From the NCBI GenBank assembly GCA_963843375.1, contig CAWJKT010000011.1:32001-96000 (forward strand): a stretch of 64,000 nucleotides of DNA, read 5' to 3'. Source of the stretch: an uncultured Pseudomonadota bacterium. GTDB lineage: Bacteria > Oederibacteriota > Muellerivitia > Muellerivitales > Muellerivitaceae. The position numbers and the translations under genes were made by a program. Under the pieces are notes generated by a model. That model ran no database searches. It worked only from the letters and a program-made list of their open reading frames with translations, and had not been told where the DNA came from. Within the stretch, counting starts at the first letter, position 1, and each line of letters begins with the position of its first letter. Positions 37,543 through 48,019 of the stretch are shown here, in pieces.

Positions 37543-38378
37543 TTGCGAACCGTAGATTTTTGTCTGGAGAGCGCACAAAAACGGGAAATCTGGGGGACTT
37601 TGACGATCCCTGAAAAAATCCTAGGGCCTCCGGTGATCATGGCCCATGGTTTTTTGGGCTTCAAGGATTGGGCTTTCTTTCCGTGGCTCGCCGGTTTCCT
37701 CGCGGAATCGGGGTTTCCGGCAGTCCGGTTTAATTTTTCGGGTTCGGGCATGGGGCCCCAAACCGACGGGCCCTTCGAAAACTTGGAAGCTTTCGAAAAC
37801 GATTCAATTACCCAACAAGTGGAAGACCTCCACTCGGTCATCGCCTGCGTAGCCGCCGGCAAGCTGGAACCCGACTTGTCCGCGCAAAAGGACGTCCTTC
37901 TTTGGGGCCATTCGCGGGGCGGGGCCGTTTGTTTTTTGGCCGCCGCCCACCATCCCTACGGTCCGGGGCGTGGCCACCTGGGCCACCATCGCCCGGGTGA
38001 ACCGCTATCTTTTCGACGTCAAACAAGCCTGGCGAAAACAGGGTTTTTCGCCCGTTGAAAGTTCCCGGACCGGCCAGATGTTGAAATACTCCACCCATTT
38101 CCTGGAGGACGCCGAGAAATGGGGGAAGGAAGGGTGACGTTCCGACCTTCCTTCATCACCTGCAAATCCCCGTACTCTTGGTCCATGGCTCGGAGGATAC
38201 CAGCGTGCTTCCCGAAGAATCGGAAAGCCTGGCGGCGGTGCATCCCCAAGCCCAGTTGGCCATCCTGGCCGGGGCCAACCACAAGTTCAACGCCTCCCAC
38301 CCTTTTACCCGTCCCCCCGCCGTCCTGGTGGAAGCCGCCCAAAAGACCCTTGAGTTTTACCAGGGCCTCAAAAGCTAA
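37543..38378 (+). CDS. alpha/beta hydrolase (frameshifted)
   Basis: HGFLGFKDW and GHSRGG nucleophile; later frame has VHGSEDTSV...GANHKF. Confidence 0.8.
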
Positions 38379-38389
38379 AGGCCGTTAGA

Positions 38390-39084
38390 ATGGATCGTCT
38401 CATGAAGAAGATCGATTTCCCAATCCCTTCATTTTCAATTAAAAGATTTTCCTGGTTTCTCCCGGAAAAATCTTTCCGCCCTCGAGCGCTATTACCGTGA
38501 CCAGTTGGACGCCCACCAGTCCCCGGAAAAAAGGGTGGGGTGGAATACGGCCCACAGCCAGCAGGTTCGTTTTGAAGCCATGGCGGGCATTGGGAAATTG
38601 GACGGCGCGAAAATTCTGGACGTGGGCTGCGGATTGGGGGCCTTTTGGGGTTATTTGAAAAAGAATAAAATAAGAGCCGATTATACGGGGGTCGATTTGT
38701 TTCCCGAACGTCATCGCGGAGGCCCAAAAACTTTATCCGGAAGCCCATTTTGAGGCCAGGGTTTTGACCGCCCGGCCTTTTAGGCCTGGGGCTTTTGATT
38801 ACGCCTTTCTTTCCGGCGTTTTCAACGTGAAGGTCCGGGATAATTGGAAATATATGAAGGCCATCCTGGCGGCGGTCCTCCGGCAAACCCGAAAGGCCGT
38901 GGCTTTTAACGTCTTGAGCGCGGACGCGGGTATCCGGGAGGCCAACCGTTTCACGGCCGATCCCAAGCAATTGGTGGCTTTGGGGCGGAAACTGGGGGTG
39001 TCCCGTGTCCACCTCTTCGATCATTACCACCATTTGGATTTGACCCTTTATTTGTCAAGTAATTCCCGGTACTATGTCTTTTAA
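38390..39084 (+). CDS. class I SAM-dependent methyltransferase (frameshifted)
   Basis: VGW...QQVRF, ILDVGCGLG, YTGVD; next frame FDYAFLSGVFN...AVAFN. Confidence 0.75.
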
Positions 39085-39102
39085 TACCGAAAAGAGCGTC
39101 CT

Positions 39103-39889
39103 ATGATTCAAATTCAACTACCAAAGGGATATTCAATGCCGGTGCTGGGCCTGGGTACCTGGGACCTGAGGGGGAATGACTGCGTTTCAGCCGTCAAGGA
39201 AGCGCTTCATATGGGTTACCGGCATATCGACACCGCCGAGATGTACGGAAACGAGGCGGAAATCGGGCGGGCATTGAAGGCCTCGGGCGTTCCCCGAAGG
39301 GAACTCTTCATCACCACGAAGGTTTGGACCAACCATCACCGCGCTGCGGATTTTAAAAAAGCGGCCGAAGCCTCCCTGAGCCGCCTGGGGCTTTCATCCG
39401 TAGACCTCCTCCTGATCCATTGGCCCAATCCCGCCGTGCCCCTGGAGGAAACACTGAAAGCCCTCTGCCAATTGGCCCAGGAAGGAAAGGCCCTTTCCAT
39501 CGGCGTTAGCAATTTTTCCGCGGCTCTTCTGAAAGAGGCGGTTTCCCTGGCAACGGTTCCCATCGCCTGCGACCAGGTTCCCTATAGCATCATGGATAAT
39601 CAGAAGGACTTCCTCGCCTATGCCAGGTCCCAAGGCGTTTCGGTTTGCGCCTATACGCCTCTGGGAAAGGGGGCATTTCTCAATCGCCCGGAACTATTGG
39701 AGGTTTCTCAAAAGTACGGAAAAACCCCGGCGCAGGTATCCCTTCGCTGGTTAGTCCAGCAAAAAGGGGTGGCGGCTATCCCGAAGGCGTCGGGAGTGAA
39801 ACATCTGAAAGGAAAATATCGGGATTTTCGACTTCAACCTAGATCCCCTGGATCTCCAGCTTTTAACAAACTTCATAAATAGATTTTGA
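39103..39889 (+). CDS. aldo/keto reductase (frameshift near 39810)
   Basis: LGLGTW, GYRHIDTAEMYGNE, DLLLIHWP, IGVSNF, IPKAS; shifted frame gives ENIGIFDFNL. Confidence 0.9.
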
Positions 39890-39921
39890 AAATTCCTTCC
39901 GTTCAAAAGTAAGATGGGGCC

Positions 39922-41341
39922 ATGAACAAGCCAAAGAGATGGGTCGGTTTTCTTCTGATACCCCTAGCCCTGTTTGGTCTCGGGCTGCGCCACGACCTCG
40001 TCGCTGATGGTTCCGGTGAGGCCCGCGCCCCTGCATACCCTAAACGCTCCTCCGCCCGCCCGGCTTCGCATTCCCGTGGTGGTTTCCCTGCCCAAGCTTT
40101 CTACCGTGGAAAAACATTTGGCTGAATTCGTGAAAGCGGATTTGGCCAAAGCCGAAAAATCCCTGACGAAAAGCCTGGGCGCCACCGTTTGGTGGGACCC
40201 TTTGGCCTGGGAATTCAACGGCAACAGCCTGACCGCCCATTTGCATGTTCACTATAAAAATTCCAACGGCACCAAACCCGCCGATCAGGAAGCATCCCTC
40301 CTGCGGGAAATAGAGAAGGACGCTCAAGTGGACCTGGCCTCCGTTCTTCAATGGAACAAGGACTGGCACCTGGAAGCTCCCAACTTCGCCGAACCCGATT
40401 CAAAATCCGAATCCGAGACAGCCGCCACCCCGGAAGAAGAAACAGATAACTCCAAGGGAACCAAGCTTCTTCGCAAGGGAACGTCCAAGTTCCATGAGGC
40501 CCTGAAAAAAGCCACCGACCTCAGGGAAAAAGCCAAGGAAATGTGGGAAAAAATCCAGGAACCCATCCGAATGGCTGAGGATACCTGGCTCCAGGTGAAA
40601 CCCGATCGAGTCAGCGTAGGATCCTACCGGTTGATCCCCGATCCCCTTTCACCGAGGCTGGAGACCGTTTTTGAGGTGATCGCCCAACCCAACGTTTACA
40701 TTGGTGAAAAACCCCGCCCGGTCATCTCCAAACTGCCGCCCATCCAGGATTTTCAGCCCGGCCCGGAGGGCTTCCACATCGAAACCAATTTGAAGATTAA
40801 ATTCACCGAGGTTAACAAACTCCTCATCGATCCCAAAACCGGAATCTTGAACAAGGTTCTTCCGGGGAGCGGGGACCATCATCTCGTGATTACCGGCATC
40901 CGAGTTTACGGCTCAGGCGGTAAATTAGTAGTGGAAGCGCAGGTGAACTACCAACCGGTTCTCAATCTTTCATCCCAACCGGCCAAACTCACGATTTATC
41001 TCTTGGGTACGCCCACTTACCACGAGAAGGAGCAGGTCATTGATTTTCCGGATTTGGATTTCGATATCAGAACCAGCGACTTTCTGGTCCAGATGGCCGA
41101 TTTCGTCGCCGGTTCCGGTATTCGAGAGCAACTGCGCAAACAGGCGGTAATTCCGGTGGGAAAGAGCCTGGCCGATTTGAAGGCCAAACTGACCCCAATC
41201 CTGAACCGGCCCCTGGGCAGATTTGCCAAACTGCATACCACGATTACCTCGCTCAAAATGGAGGAGGCTTTCATCAGCGATTACGGGCTAGAGGGCCGCG
41301 TCGCCTTGGACGGTGATGCCTCCGTGGACGTGAACTGGTGA
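39922..41341 (+). CDS. DUF4403-like lipoprotein (frameshift in the signal peptide)
   Basis: MNKPKRWVGFLLIPLAL joins lipobox LVSGC in another frame; WEKIQEPI...WLQVKP, IYLLGTP. Confidence 0.6.
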
Positions 41342-41474
41342 AAAAACGTCAGATCATTCGGGGACTTTGAAGTTTTCGGCCCCAAAGGGCCATTTTGGTT
41401 ACCATTTAGATTGGAACTAATTCTTCGGTTGTCCCGTCCAATAGGCGTAGGTCAAATAAACCAGGAGGATGTCG

Positions 41475-41876
41475 ATGAAAAAATCAGTGGTTGTTTTAAG
41501 CGCTTTGTTTTTGTTGGGCGCCACGAGTCTTGGCCTGGCCCAGGATGCCGGCGGAAAGAATCCCAAAATGAGTCCCAAAGCCCGTTTGAAGAGGCAGCAC
41601 AAACGAATTAAGCAGGGGGTGAAGAATGGAACCATCACTCCGGCTGAACACAAGCAATTGGCCCAAGAAGGCAAAGACATTAACCAAGAACGCAAAGCGG
41701 ATTTGGCTAAGGATGGCGGAAAGCTGACCAATTCGGACCGCCAGAACCTGGAATCACAGGAGAATCTCCGCTCTGAGCAGATTTCACAGGATAAAAACGC
41801 CAATGGCGGGGCGGGTGGTTCCTCCACCGGAAGCAGCACCAGTTCTTCGGCGGGTTCCAACAACCCCACAAATTAA
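41475..41876 (+). CDS. secreted helical hypothetical protein
   Basis: Signal peptide, QHKRIKQGVKNGTITPAE...DGGKLT, Ser/Gly tail; SD AGGAGG. Confidence 0.75.
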   Translation: MKKSVVVLSALFLLGATSLGLAQDAGGKNPKMSPKARLKRQHKRIKQGVKNGTITPAEHKQLAQEGKDINQERKADLAKDGGKLTNSDRQNLESQENLRSEQISQDKNANGGAGGSSTGSSTSSSAGSNNPTN

Positions 41877-41906
41877 TAACACCTGAAGAAATTTTGTTGT
41901 AGTTTG

Positions 41907-41936
41907 AAGGGCGGAATTTTCAATTCCGCCCTTTTT
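41907..41936 (+). terminator. intrinsic terminator
   Basis: AAGGGCGGAATT-ttc-AATTCCGCCCTT followed by a T run. Confidence 0.85.
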
Positions 41937-42088
41937 ATATTTGAGAAAATACAATCGAGACATGGGTCCGCTTGATGCGTGAATGGCTAACCCAAGCCCG
42001 GCATGATTTTCCCCGATAGAAATTTTGGCTAAGGGGCTTGTTTCAGCGTGTTATGCTTTCCGCGTATCAATCAGACTGGAACCTTGGA

Positions 42089-43555
42089 ATGAAAACGAAC
42101 CTCTTGTTTTTCTTCGTCTTTCTGGCAGGGGCCTGTTTCGGCCCGGGGCCCCTCTATGCCTCGGAAACCCGAGTGGATTCGGCGGGCGGTCTGACGACCG
42201 TGATCGACGATGAAACCAATAACGGGGACCTTTTCCTGGACGGGAACCCCGCAGGTCTGGTGCTTTTGGCCACCCATGACCGCTTCGACTTGGCGGGCCA
42301 ATGGACCTACCTGAATACCCAGCCGGCTGTCCCGGGGGCCCAGCAGCAAAGCTTCAGCACCATATCCCGTTTGACCAATGATTCAGTCATTAAATACGAG
42401 GGGCTGATGGTTTTTCCCAATCCACATTGGGCCTTCCAGGTGGCTGGGGATTTCCTGAACCCCCAGGGTCAGGTGGACGCCAATTATCTGGCCGATACCT
42501 ACAGTACCAATCAGTATCGGTCGCTCCTACGCGCCGCTTATAACAGCGGCCCGTTCGCCTTCGGCTTGGAATTCAGTAATACCGAATTGGACAATCAATA
42601 CGATCCGGGTCTTTTCAGCCTCTACGTTGGCCAGTCTTCGGGTTCCAGCGCCGAAAACCACACCCGAGTCCGGGCCGGGATCATTTCAACTTTCCCGGAA
42701 AACGAGGACAAGGACAGCCCGCGTTGGGAAGTCGGCGGGGTTTTTGAGACCACGATTGGGGCCGACAACACCGACTCGAATTTGGACCGTTTTTTCCTGG
42801 GCTCCCCAGTCGTCAATATTCAGCAAACTTCTTCCTTGACCCAATATTATTATTTCGGCCCGGAGGTGTACTATGAGGATTCCAACCGGCTTCTGTTGAA
42901 GTTTTATTCCTTCGTCACGAACTACTACAACACTTTCAGCCAAAGCGTGAATCCAACCGGCGACGGTTTTTTGAACAGCGCTTCCACCTATATCAATTTG
43001 CAATACATCGCCATGAATAATTTTGGGACTTTCCGCCTCAGTCTTCCCTTGTCCGACAAGGAAAACCTCAAACTGGGGGGCAACTTCCAAGCCATCTTGA
43101 CGAACTCCAATATTCTCGGATCAGGCGAGAACGTCCTAAGCAATCAAAACCGACAGCAGCTTAACGGAACTTTGGGCATCGGTTTTGAATCCCCGGATAA
43201 CTACACCTGGGGACTTCAATTCATCACTCAAGGTTATGTTCACGACGACCAGACCATTTCAACCAATAATTTGACGGGCACTGACTATTCCTTTTATCAA
43301 CTGGCTTTGGGAGGCGAAAAATGGCTTTCACCTCATTTCGCCCTCCGGGGCGGCTTGGTGGTGGAAGAGGATATCTACACTGCGAACGCGGGCCTGAATG
43401 TCCTCGATACTTCGGTGACGACGGGGTTGGGTTACCAGGACAAGGGACTTAAGCTGGACGGCAAATTCATCGTTGGCCCGGTGACCGGTTTAGACGGAAC
43501 GAGTTATAAAGGCCTTTCATTGGACGGGGAAATTCAAGGAACGATTTTCTTATGA
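42089..43555 (+). CDS. outer-membrane beta-barrel with FadL/PorV-like N-terminal motif
   Basis: Signal peptide, TRVDSAGGLTTVIDD...GNPAGL, alternating amphipathic strands, ends GEIQGTIFL. Confidence 0.6.
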   Translation: MKTNLLFFFVFLAGACFGPGPLYASETRVDSAGGLTTVIDDETNNGDLFLDGNPAGLVLLATHDRFDLAGQWTYLNTQPAVPGAQQQSFSTISRLTNDSVIKYEGLMVFPNPHWAFQVAGDFLNPQGQVDANYLADTYSTNQYRSLLRAAYNSGPFAFGLEFSNTELDNQYDPGLFSLYVGQSSGSSAENHTRVRAGIISTFPENEDKDSPRWEVGGVFETTIGADNTDSNLDRFFLGSPVVNIQQTSSLTQYYYFGPEVYYEDSNRLLLKFYSFVTNYYNTFSQSVNPTGDGFLNSASTYINLQYIAMNNFGTFRLSLPLSDKENLKLGGNFQAILTNSNILGSGENVLSNQNRQQLNGTLGIGFESPDNYTWGLQFITQGYVHDDQTISTNNLTGTDYSFYQLALGGEKWLSPHFALRGGLVVEEDIYTANAGLNVLDTSVTTGLGYQDKGLKLDGKFIVGPVTGLDGTSYKGLSLDGEIQGTIFL

Positions 43556-44856
43556 GAATGGAACCGATGAAAGATGAGAAAACCGGCTTAAGCAACACCC
43601 ATGGAGGGATTATCAGGGGTTTTAAAATGAATCAAAAAATATTCCTTCTTACTATTATCCTTCTTTGGGGGGATGTTTCCGGATTGAAAGCCGCCAATCC
43701 CGCGGTGACCGACCCGGGAGGGATCCCGATGCCCACGAATCTAACGGCCGAAACCCAAGGGACGGGGATCCAAATATCATGGGATAAGCCCTCGGCGGAG
43801 GGGATTCGATTCAATATTTACATATTGGATGAGACCGGAAAAATCACGCGGAAGCTCACGTCCCAGCCCATTTCGGATAACTGGGTGCTCCTGGAAAAAG
43901 TGAAGCCGACCAAGAAGTATCGTTTGGTTTTAACGGCGGTCAACGTTGCGGGCATGGAAAGCCGGCCCACGGCTCCGCTGGTAGCCGAGTTGGATGATTT
44001 AAAAAAATCCGATAACGACAGCGATTCTGAATCCGTCACCGAAGGCGGATCCGGCCAAAAGGACGAGGAAGAGGAAAAAGACGAGAAGGAATCTTTCAAG
44101 CCCAATTGGACGGGTCAAGTAGCCTATACCTTTTCCAGCCAGGACACCTTGGGCCAGGCGGAAATCAATCAGGAAATCGCTTTGACGGGAACGTACAATT
44201 TCACTGAAAGCGGCGATTACTTTTCCGCCGTGGCTGGAGGGGGCCAAGAAACCCTGGAAGGATCGCCTACCAGTTATGGAACTTTTTCAGGGGAAGGGGG
44301 TCTGGGGTTGGGGGTTTTCAAACCCGCCCTCAACCTCACCTTCCAACAAGGGGCCCAGGCCTTGAATTCCTATGACGCAACCCTGAACCTGAACTTCCAA
44401 ATCCTGTCGGCACTGGAAGTGGGACCAATGTTGGAAGGCAACCCGGAAAGCCATCAGGGCCCCCTTTCGGAAGTGACCCGGAGCACTTCGGACAAGATCG
44501 ACGAGATCGACAGCGTCGATTGGACTGCGGGGTTGGTCGTGACGGCTACTCCATGGGATTTCCTTGAACTTTCCCTGACCGGGGAACAGGATTATTCCAG
44601 GACTTACATGTGGCAAAATATTCTGCACACCGTTCAGCATGATTTGAATGAAACTGAACGGATTCCCTCGGGCATCTTGGCTTGTAACGTGACTTTCTTG
44701 ACTGATTTTATCCTTGGGCTGTCGATCCAGGAAGGGCTGCAATATTTCCCCGTAGGAATCAATTACAGTCCTATTCTCAAGCAGACAGTGGATTTTACAG
44801 TTCCCACCACCGTGAGTTTCTCGGCTTATACCCTCGGGCTTACCTATAATTTGTGA
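43552..44856 (+). CDS. FN3 domain, acidic linker and beta-barrel; start codon uncertain
   Basis: PTNLTA...IQISWD...FNIY...YRLVLTAVNVAGMES (FN3); barrel-like C-terminus ending LGLTYNL. Confidence 0.65.
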   Translation: MRMEPMKDEKTGLSNTHGGIIRGFKMNQKIFLLTIILLWGDVSGLKAANPAVTDPGGIPMPTNLTAETQGTGIQISWDKPSAEGIRFNIYILDETGKITRKLTSQPISDNWVLLEKVKPTKKYRLVLTAVNVAGMESRPTAPLVAELDDLKKSDNDSDSESVTEGGSGQKDEEEEKDEKESFKPNWTGQVAYTFSSQDTLGQAEINQEIALTGTYNFTESGDYFSAVAGGGQETLEGSPTSYGTFSGEGGLGLGVFKPALNLTFQQGAQALNSYDATLNLNFQILSALEVGPMLEGNPESHQGPLSEVTRSTSDKIDEIDSVDWTAGLVVTATPWDFLELSLTGEQDYSRTYMWQNILHTVQHDLNETERIPSGILACNVTFLTDFILGLSIQEGLQYFPVGINYSPILKQTVDFTVPTTVSFSAYTLGLTYNL

Positions 44857-45007
44857 CACCTGGTTGGAATCGTCTTTTTTCCATTAAATTTAAATAAAAA
44901 ACTTTAAAATTTTGGGCAAGTGATCTCCTTTTACCTTTGTTTCGGGGGTAAAATGTTAACTCAACGAAAATCCTGCTTTTATTTATAAACTTTTTAATTT
45001 ATCGCAA

Positions 45008-47863
45008 ATGGAAGACGATCTAGTATTTATGAGATTCAAAGACTATAAAATTGATTTTCGAACTTTTATCCGGGGGGTAATTTTTCTTTCCGGCTGGTTT
45101 TTATTGAGTGCAGCGGGTCCCATATCCCATACATCCCCTCCTTTGGTCAAACCTTCCCAAAATTCACCATTGAGTCAAGCACAAGCTTTGCAGTCTTTTG
45201 AAAAATTGCCCCTTTCTTTCGAGGAAAATCGAGGTCAAACCGACTCCTCGGTAAAGTATATTTGCCATGGAGCAGGTTGTGGGTTGTTCCTTTTTCCAAC
45301 GGGTATCCATCTGGTGCTATGGCATAAGCAACCACTGGCGATTCCTGATCCCCGTGATCGGAAAAGGTTGAAGGTTTCATTTTCAGCAGACATCATTCAT
45401 ATGAAGCTTTACGACGCAAACTCGGCCCCTGATATGGAACTTTCTGACACCCTTCCGGGAACCACCAATTATTTCATCGGGAACGATTCTTCCCAATGGC
45501 AAACCGATATCCCCCAATACTCCAAGCTCAAGGAAAAGGGCGTCTATCCGGGCATCGATCTCGTTTATTACGGCAACCAGAGCCAGTTGGAACACGACTT
45601 TTTGGTTTCGCCGGGGGCGGATCCCAAACGAATTCAATGGGAAATTTCCGGAGTCAAGCCGTTGAGTCTTAATGGATCGGGCGGCCTTGTCCTTTCCACT
45701 GCGAAAGGAAACGTTGTCTTGAATTCCCCGGCTTGCTATCAGGAAATCCAAGGCCAAAGGGTGGACATTCCGGCCAGCTACGTCTTATTGGGTCAAAACC
45801 GGGTGGGTTTTGAGGTCGGTGATTACCAAAAGGATCAACCCCTGGTCATCGATCCAGTCCTGGTTTATTCCACTTATCTTGGTGGAACTGGAAGCGACCA
45901 GGCTACCGGGGTTGCGGTGGACGGAGCGGGCGATGCTTTTGTAGTGGGTTATACCGCTTCTACCGATTTTCCAATCACCGCCGGCGCCTTCCAAACTGTC
46001 AATGCCGGAAATTTCGATTTCTTCGTGTCAAAACTGACTCCCGCCGGGAACGCTCTGATTTATTCCACCTACATTGGCGGAAACAGTGGAGATTATTCGA
46101 GCGGTATCGCCATTGATGCCTCCGGCGATGCCTATATCACGGGCCAAACCGCCTCCACTAATTACCCCACCACCGCCGGGGCTTATCAAACCGCTGTTGG
46201 AAACATCGTCGTCACCGAGATCAATCCAACCGGTGACGCTTTGGTTTATTCCACTTACCTGAGTACGGGGGGCGGCGGGGCCGGATGGGGCATCGCAGTA
46301 GACGGGTCGGGCTCGGCTTATGTTACGGGTTGGACCGAATCAACGACATTTCCAACGGTCAATGCATTTCAGCCCACCATTGCGAGCGGAATGGATGTCT
46401 TTGTCACTAAATTCGCCCCTGGCGGCAGTTCTCTGGTTTATTCCACTTATCTGGGGGGGAACTCGGACGAACAAGCCATGGGTATCGCCGTTGACGGGTC
46501 TGGCGCGGCCTATGTCACCGGGTTTACCGACTCGACCAACTTTCCCACGCAAAATCCTTTCCAGGCTGCCCCGGGAGGAACGGAGGATGTTTTCGTCACC
46601 AAACTCAATCCAGCGGGAAACACCCTGGCTTATTCCACCTATTTGGGAGGGAATAATGACGGGGGTTTATACCAAGCGGGCGAGGCCATTGCGGTTGATT
46701 CCGGCGGTGACGCTTACGTGACCGGACAAACGAATGCCGCGAACTTTCCAGTTTTGAACGCTTTCCAACCGACCTTCGGGGGTGGAATCAACGACGCCTT
46801 TATCACGAAATTCAACCCGGCTGGGAACAGTTTGGCTTTTTCCACTTATGTCGGCGGAAACGGCCAGGATATCGGTTTCGGCATCGCGCTGGATTCCTTG
46901 GACGACATTTACCTGACGGCCCAGACCCTTTCCACCAATATGCCCATGGTGAATCCGATCCAAGCTACTCTCCCCGGAACTTGGAGCATTTTCGTGGGCG
47001 AGTTTAACCCTACGGCCAGTGGCCTGATCTATTCGACCTATATCGGGGGATCAAAAGGGGACGAACCTTTTTCCATCGCGGTGGACAGCACCGGAGCCGC
47101 CTATGTCGTCGGAAGCAATACTTCCACGAACTACCCCACCGTCAACCCGCTTGAATCCACCTATGGAGGTTCCACATGGGATGGTTTTGTCTTGAAAATA
47201 TCCAATACACCCCTCAGCACCCCCACCCCTACTTCCACAGTTTCCAGCACGCCCACGAATAGTCCAACGAACAGTCCCGCTTTCTCCCCCACTTCAACCA
47301 TCACACCTACCCACTCCAATACACCAACCTTTACGCCAACTTTTACCCCTTCCAGTACCGGGACTCTTCCTCCTACCAATACTCCGACGGTTTCAGCTAC
47401 CGTCACCCCAACAGGGACCAATACCGGCACCTCCACCTCCACTAGTGTCCCTACTTCTACTTATAGTCCCACCAACAGCCCAACTCCTACCAGTACCTTC
47501 ACCATCACCAACACCCCCACGGTGACTAGCAGCCCCACGATCACCCCAACCCCCACAGCGACTCTGCCCGCCTTTGACGTCTTCTATGTTTCGGAAAACG
47601 CCTACATCCCGTCGGCAGATAATCCGGTTTCCATTTATGTGGCTTATAGCTCTTTTCCGGGCGAATACGATTTGTGGATTTACAATTCGGCGGGGGAACA
47701 AATCAAAACTCTCGACCACCAGGAGTTGAGCGGCCCACTTAACCAGTCTTATACTTGGGACGGCACGAACAAATACGGGGATAAATGCGCCAGCGGGGTT
47801 TATATCTTTTACCTGGTTGAACCCTTCTCCCAGAAGATGAAGCGGATTGCACTGATTCGGTGA
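45008..47863 (+). CDS. secreted SBBP beta-propeller protein with Thr/Pro stalk and FlgD-Ig/T9SS-like C-terminal domain
   Basis: LPLSFEENRGQ, repeated YSTYLGG...IAVD..G.AYVTG.T.S..FP, TP-rich linker, IYNSAGE...WDGTN...SGVY...LIR end. Confidence 0.9.
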   Translation: MEDDLVFMRFKDYKIDFRTFIRGVIFLSGWFLLSAAGPISHTSPPLVKPSQNSPLSQAQALQSFEKLPLSFEENRGQTDSSVKYICHGAGCGLFLFPTGIHLVLWHKQPLAIPDPRDRKRLKVSFSADIIHMKLYDANSAPDMELSDTLPGTTNYFIGNDSSQWQTDIPQYSKLKEKGVYPGIDLVYYGNQSQLEHDFLVSPGADPKRIQWEISGVKPLSLNGSGGLVLSTAKGNVVLNSPACYQEIQGQRVDIPASYVLLGQNRVGFEVGDYQKDQPLVIDPVLVYSTYLGGTGSDQATGVAVDGAGDAFVVGYTASTDFPITAGAFQTVNAGNFDFFVSKLTPAGNALIYSTYIGGNSGDYSSGIAIDASGDAYITGQTASTNYPTTAGAYQTAVGNIVVTEINPTGDALVYSTYLSTGGGGAGWGIAVDGSGSAYVTGWTESTTFPTVNAFQPTIASGMDVFVTKFAPGGSSLVYSTYLGGNSDEQAMGIAVDGSGAAYVTGFTDSTNFPTQNPFQAAPGGTEDVFVTKLNPAGNTLAYSTYLGGNNDGGLYQAGEAIAVDSGGDAYVTGQTNAANFPVLNAFQPTFGGGINDAFITKFNPAGNSLAFSTYVGGNGQDIGFGIALDSLDDIYLTAQTLSTNMPMVNPIQATLPGTWSIFVGEFNPTASGLIYSTYIGGSKGDEPFSIAVDSTGAAYVVGSNTSTNYPTVNPLESTYGGSTWDGFVLKISNTPLSTPTPTSTVSSTPTNSPTNSPAFSPTSTITPTHSNTPTFTPTFTPSSTGTLPPTNTPTVSATVTPTGTNTGTSTSTSVPTSTYSPTNSPTPTSTFTITNTPTVTSSPTITPTPTATLPAFDVFYVSENAYIPSADNPVSIYVAYSSFPGEYDLWIYNSAGEQIKTLDHQELSGPLNQSYTWDGTNKYGDKCASGVYIFYLVEPFSQKMKRIALIR

Positions 47864-48019
47864 CATTAATAAACTTTTTGTCGTGGACAATCTTCCAAAA
47901 GCAACAATCCATTTCCTAAAATCTCCTCTCATCCACTTTAAAAGGGTTTATGGCGATCTCTCTTTTGCTTATTATTGTGAACATCGTTTTAAAAAATTCT
48001 TCAGCTTTAGAAGGTAACC

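Noticed and set aside
28150..39975. Programmed frameshifting or phase variation as the cause of the broken genes
   Set aside because: Shifts cluster by position across unrelated genes and lack long slippery tracts; assembly error is the simpler explanation
45860..47190. Recurring TATTCCACTTAT...GG motifs
   Set aside because: They encode SBBP propeller blades (YSTYLGG) inside one CDS
47200..47570. Apparent tandem repeats (ACC/CCC-rich), also at about 33490-33660
   Set aside because: Codon-level consequence of Thr/Pro/Ser linkers, not DNA repeat arrays
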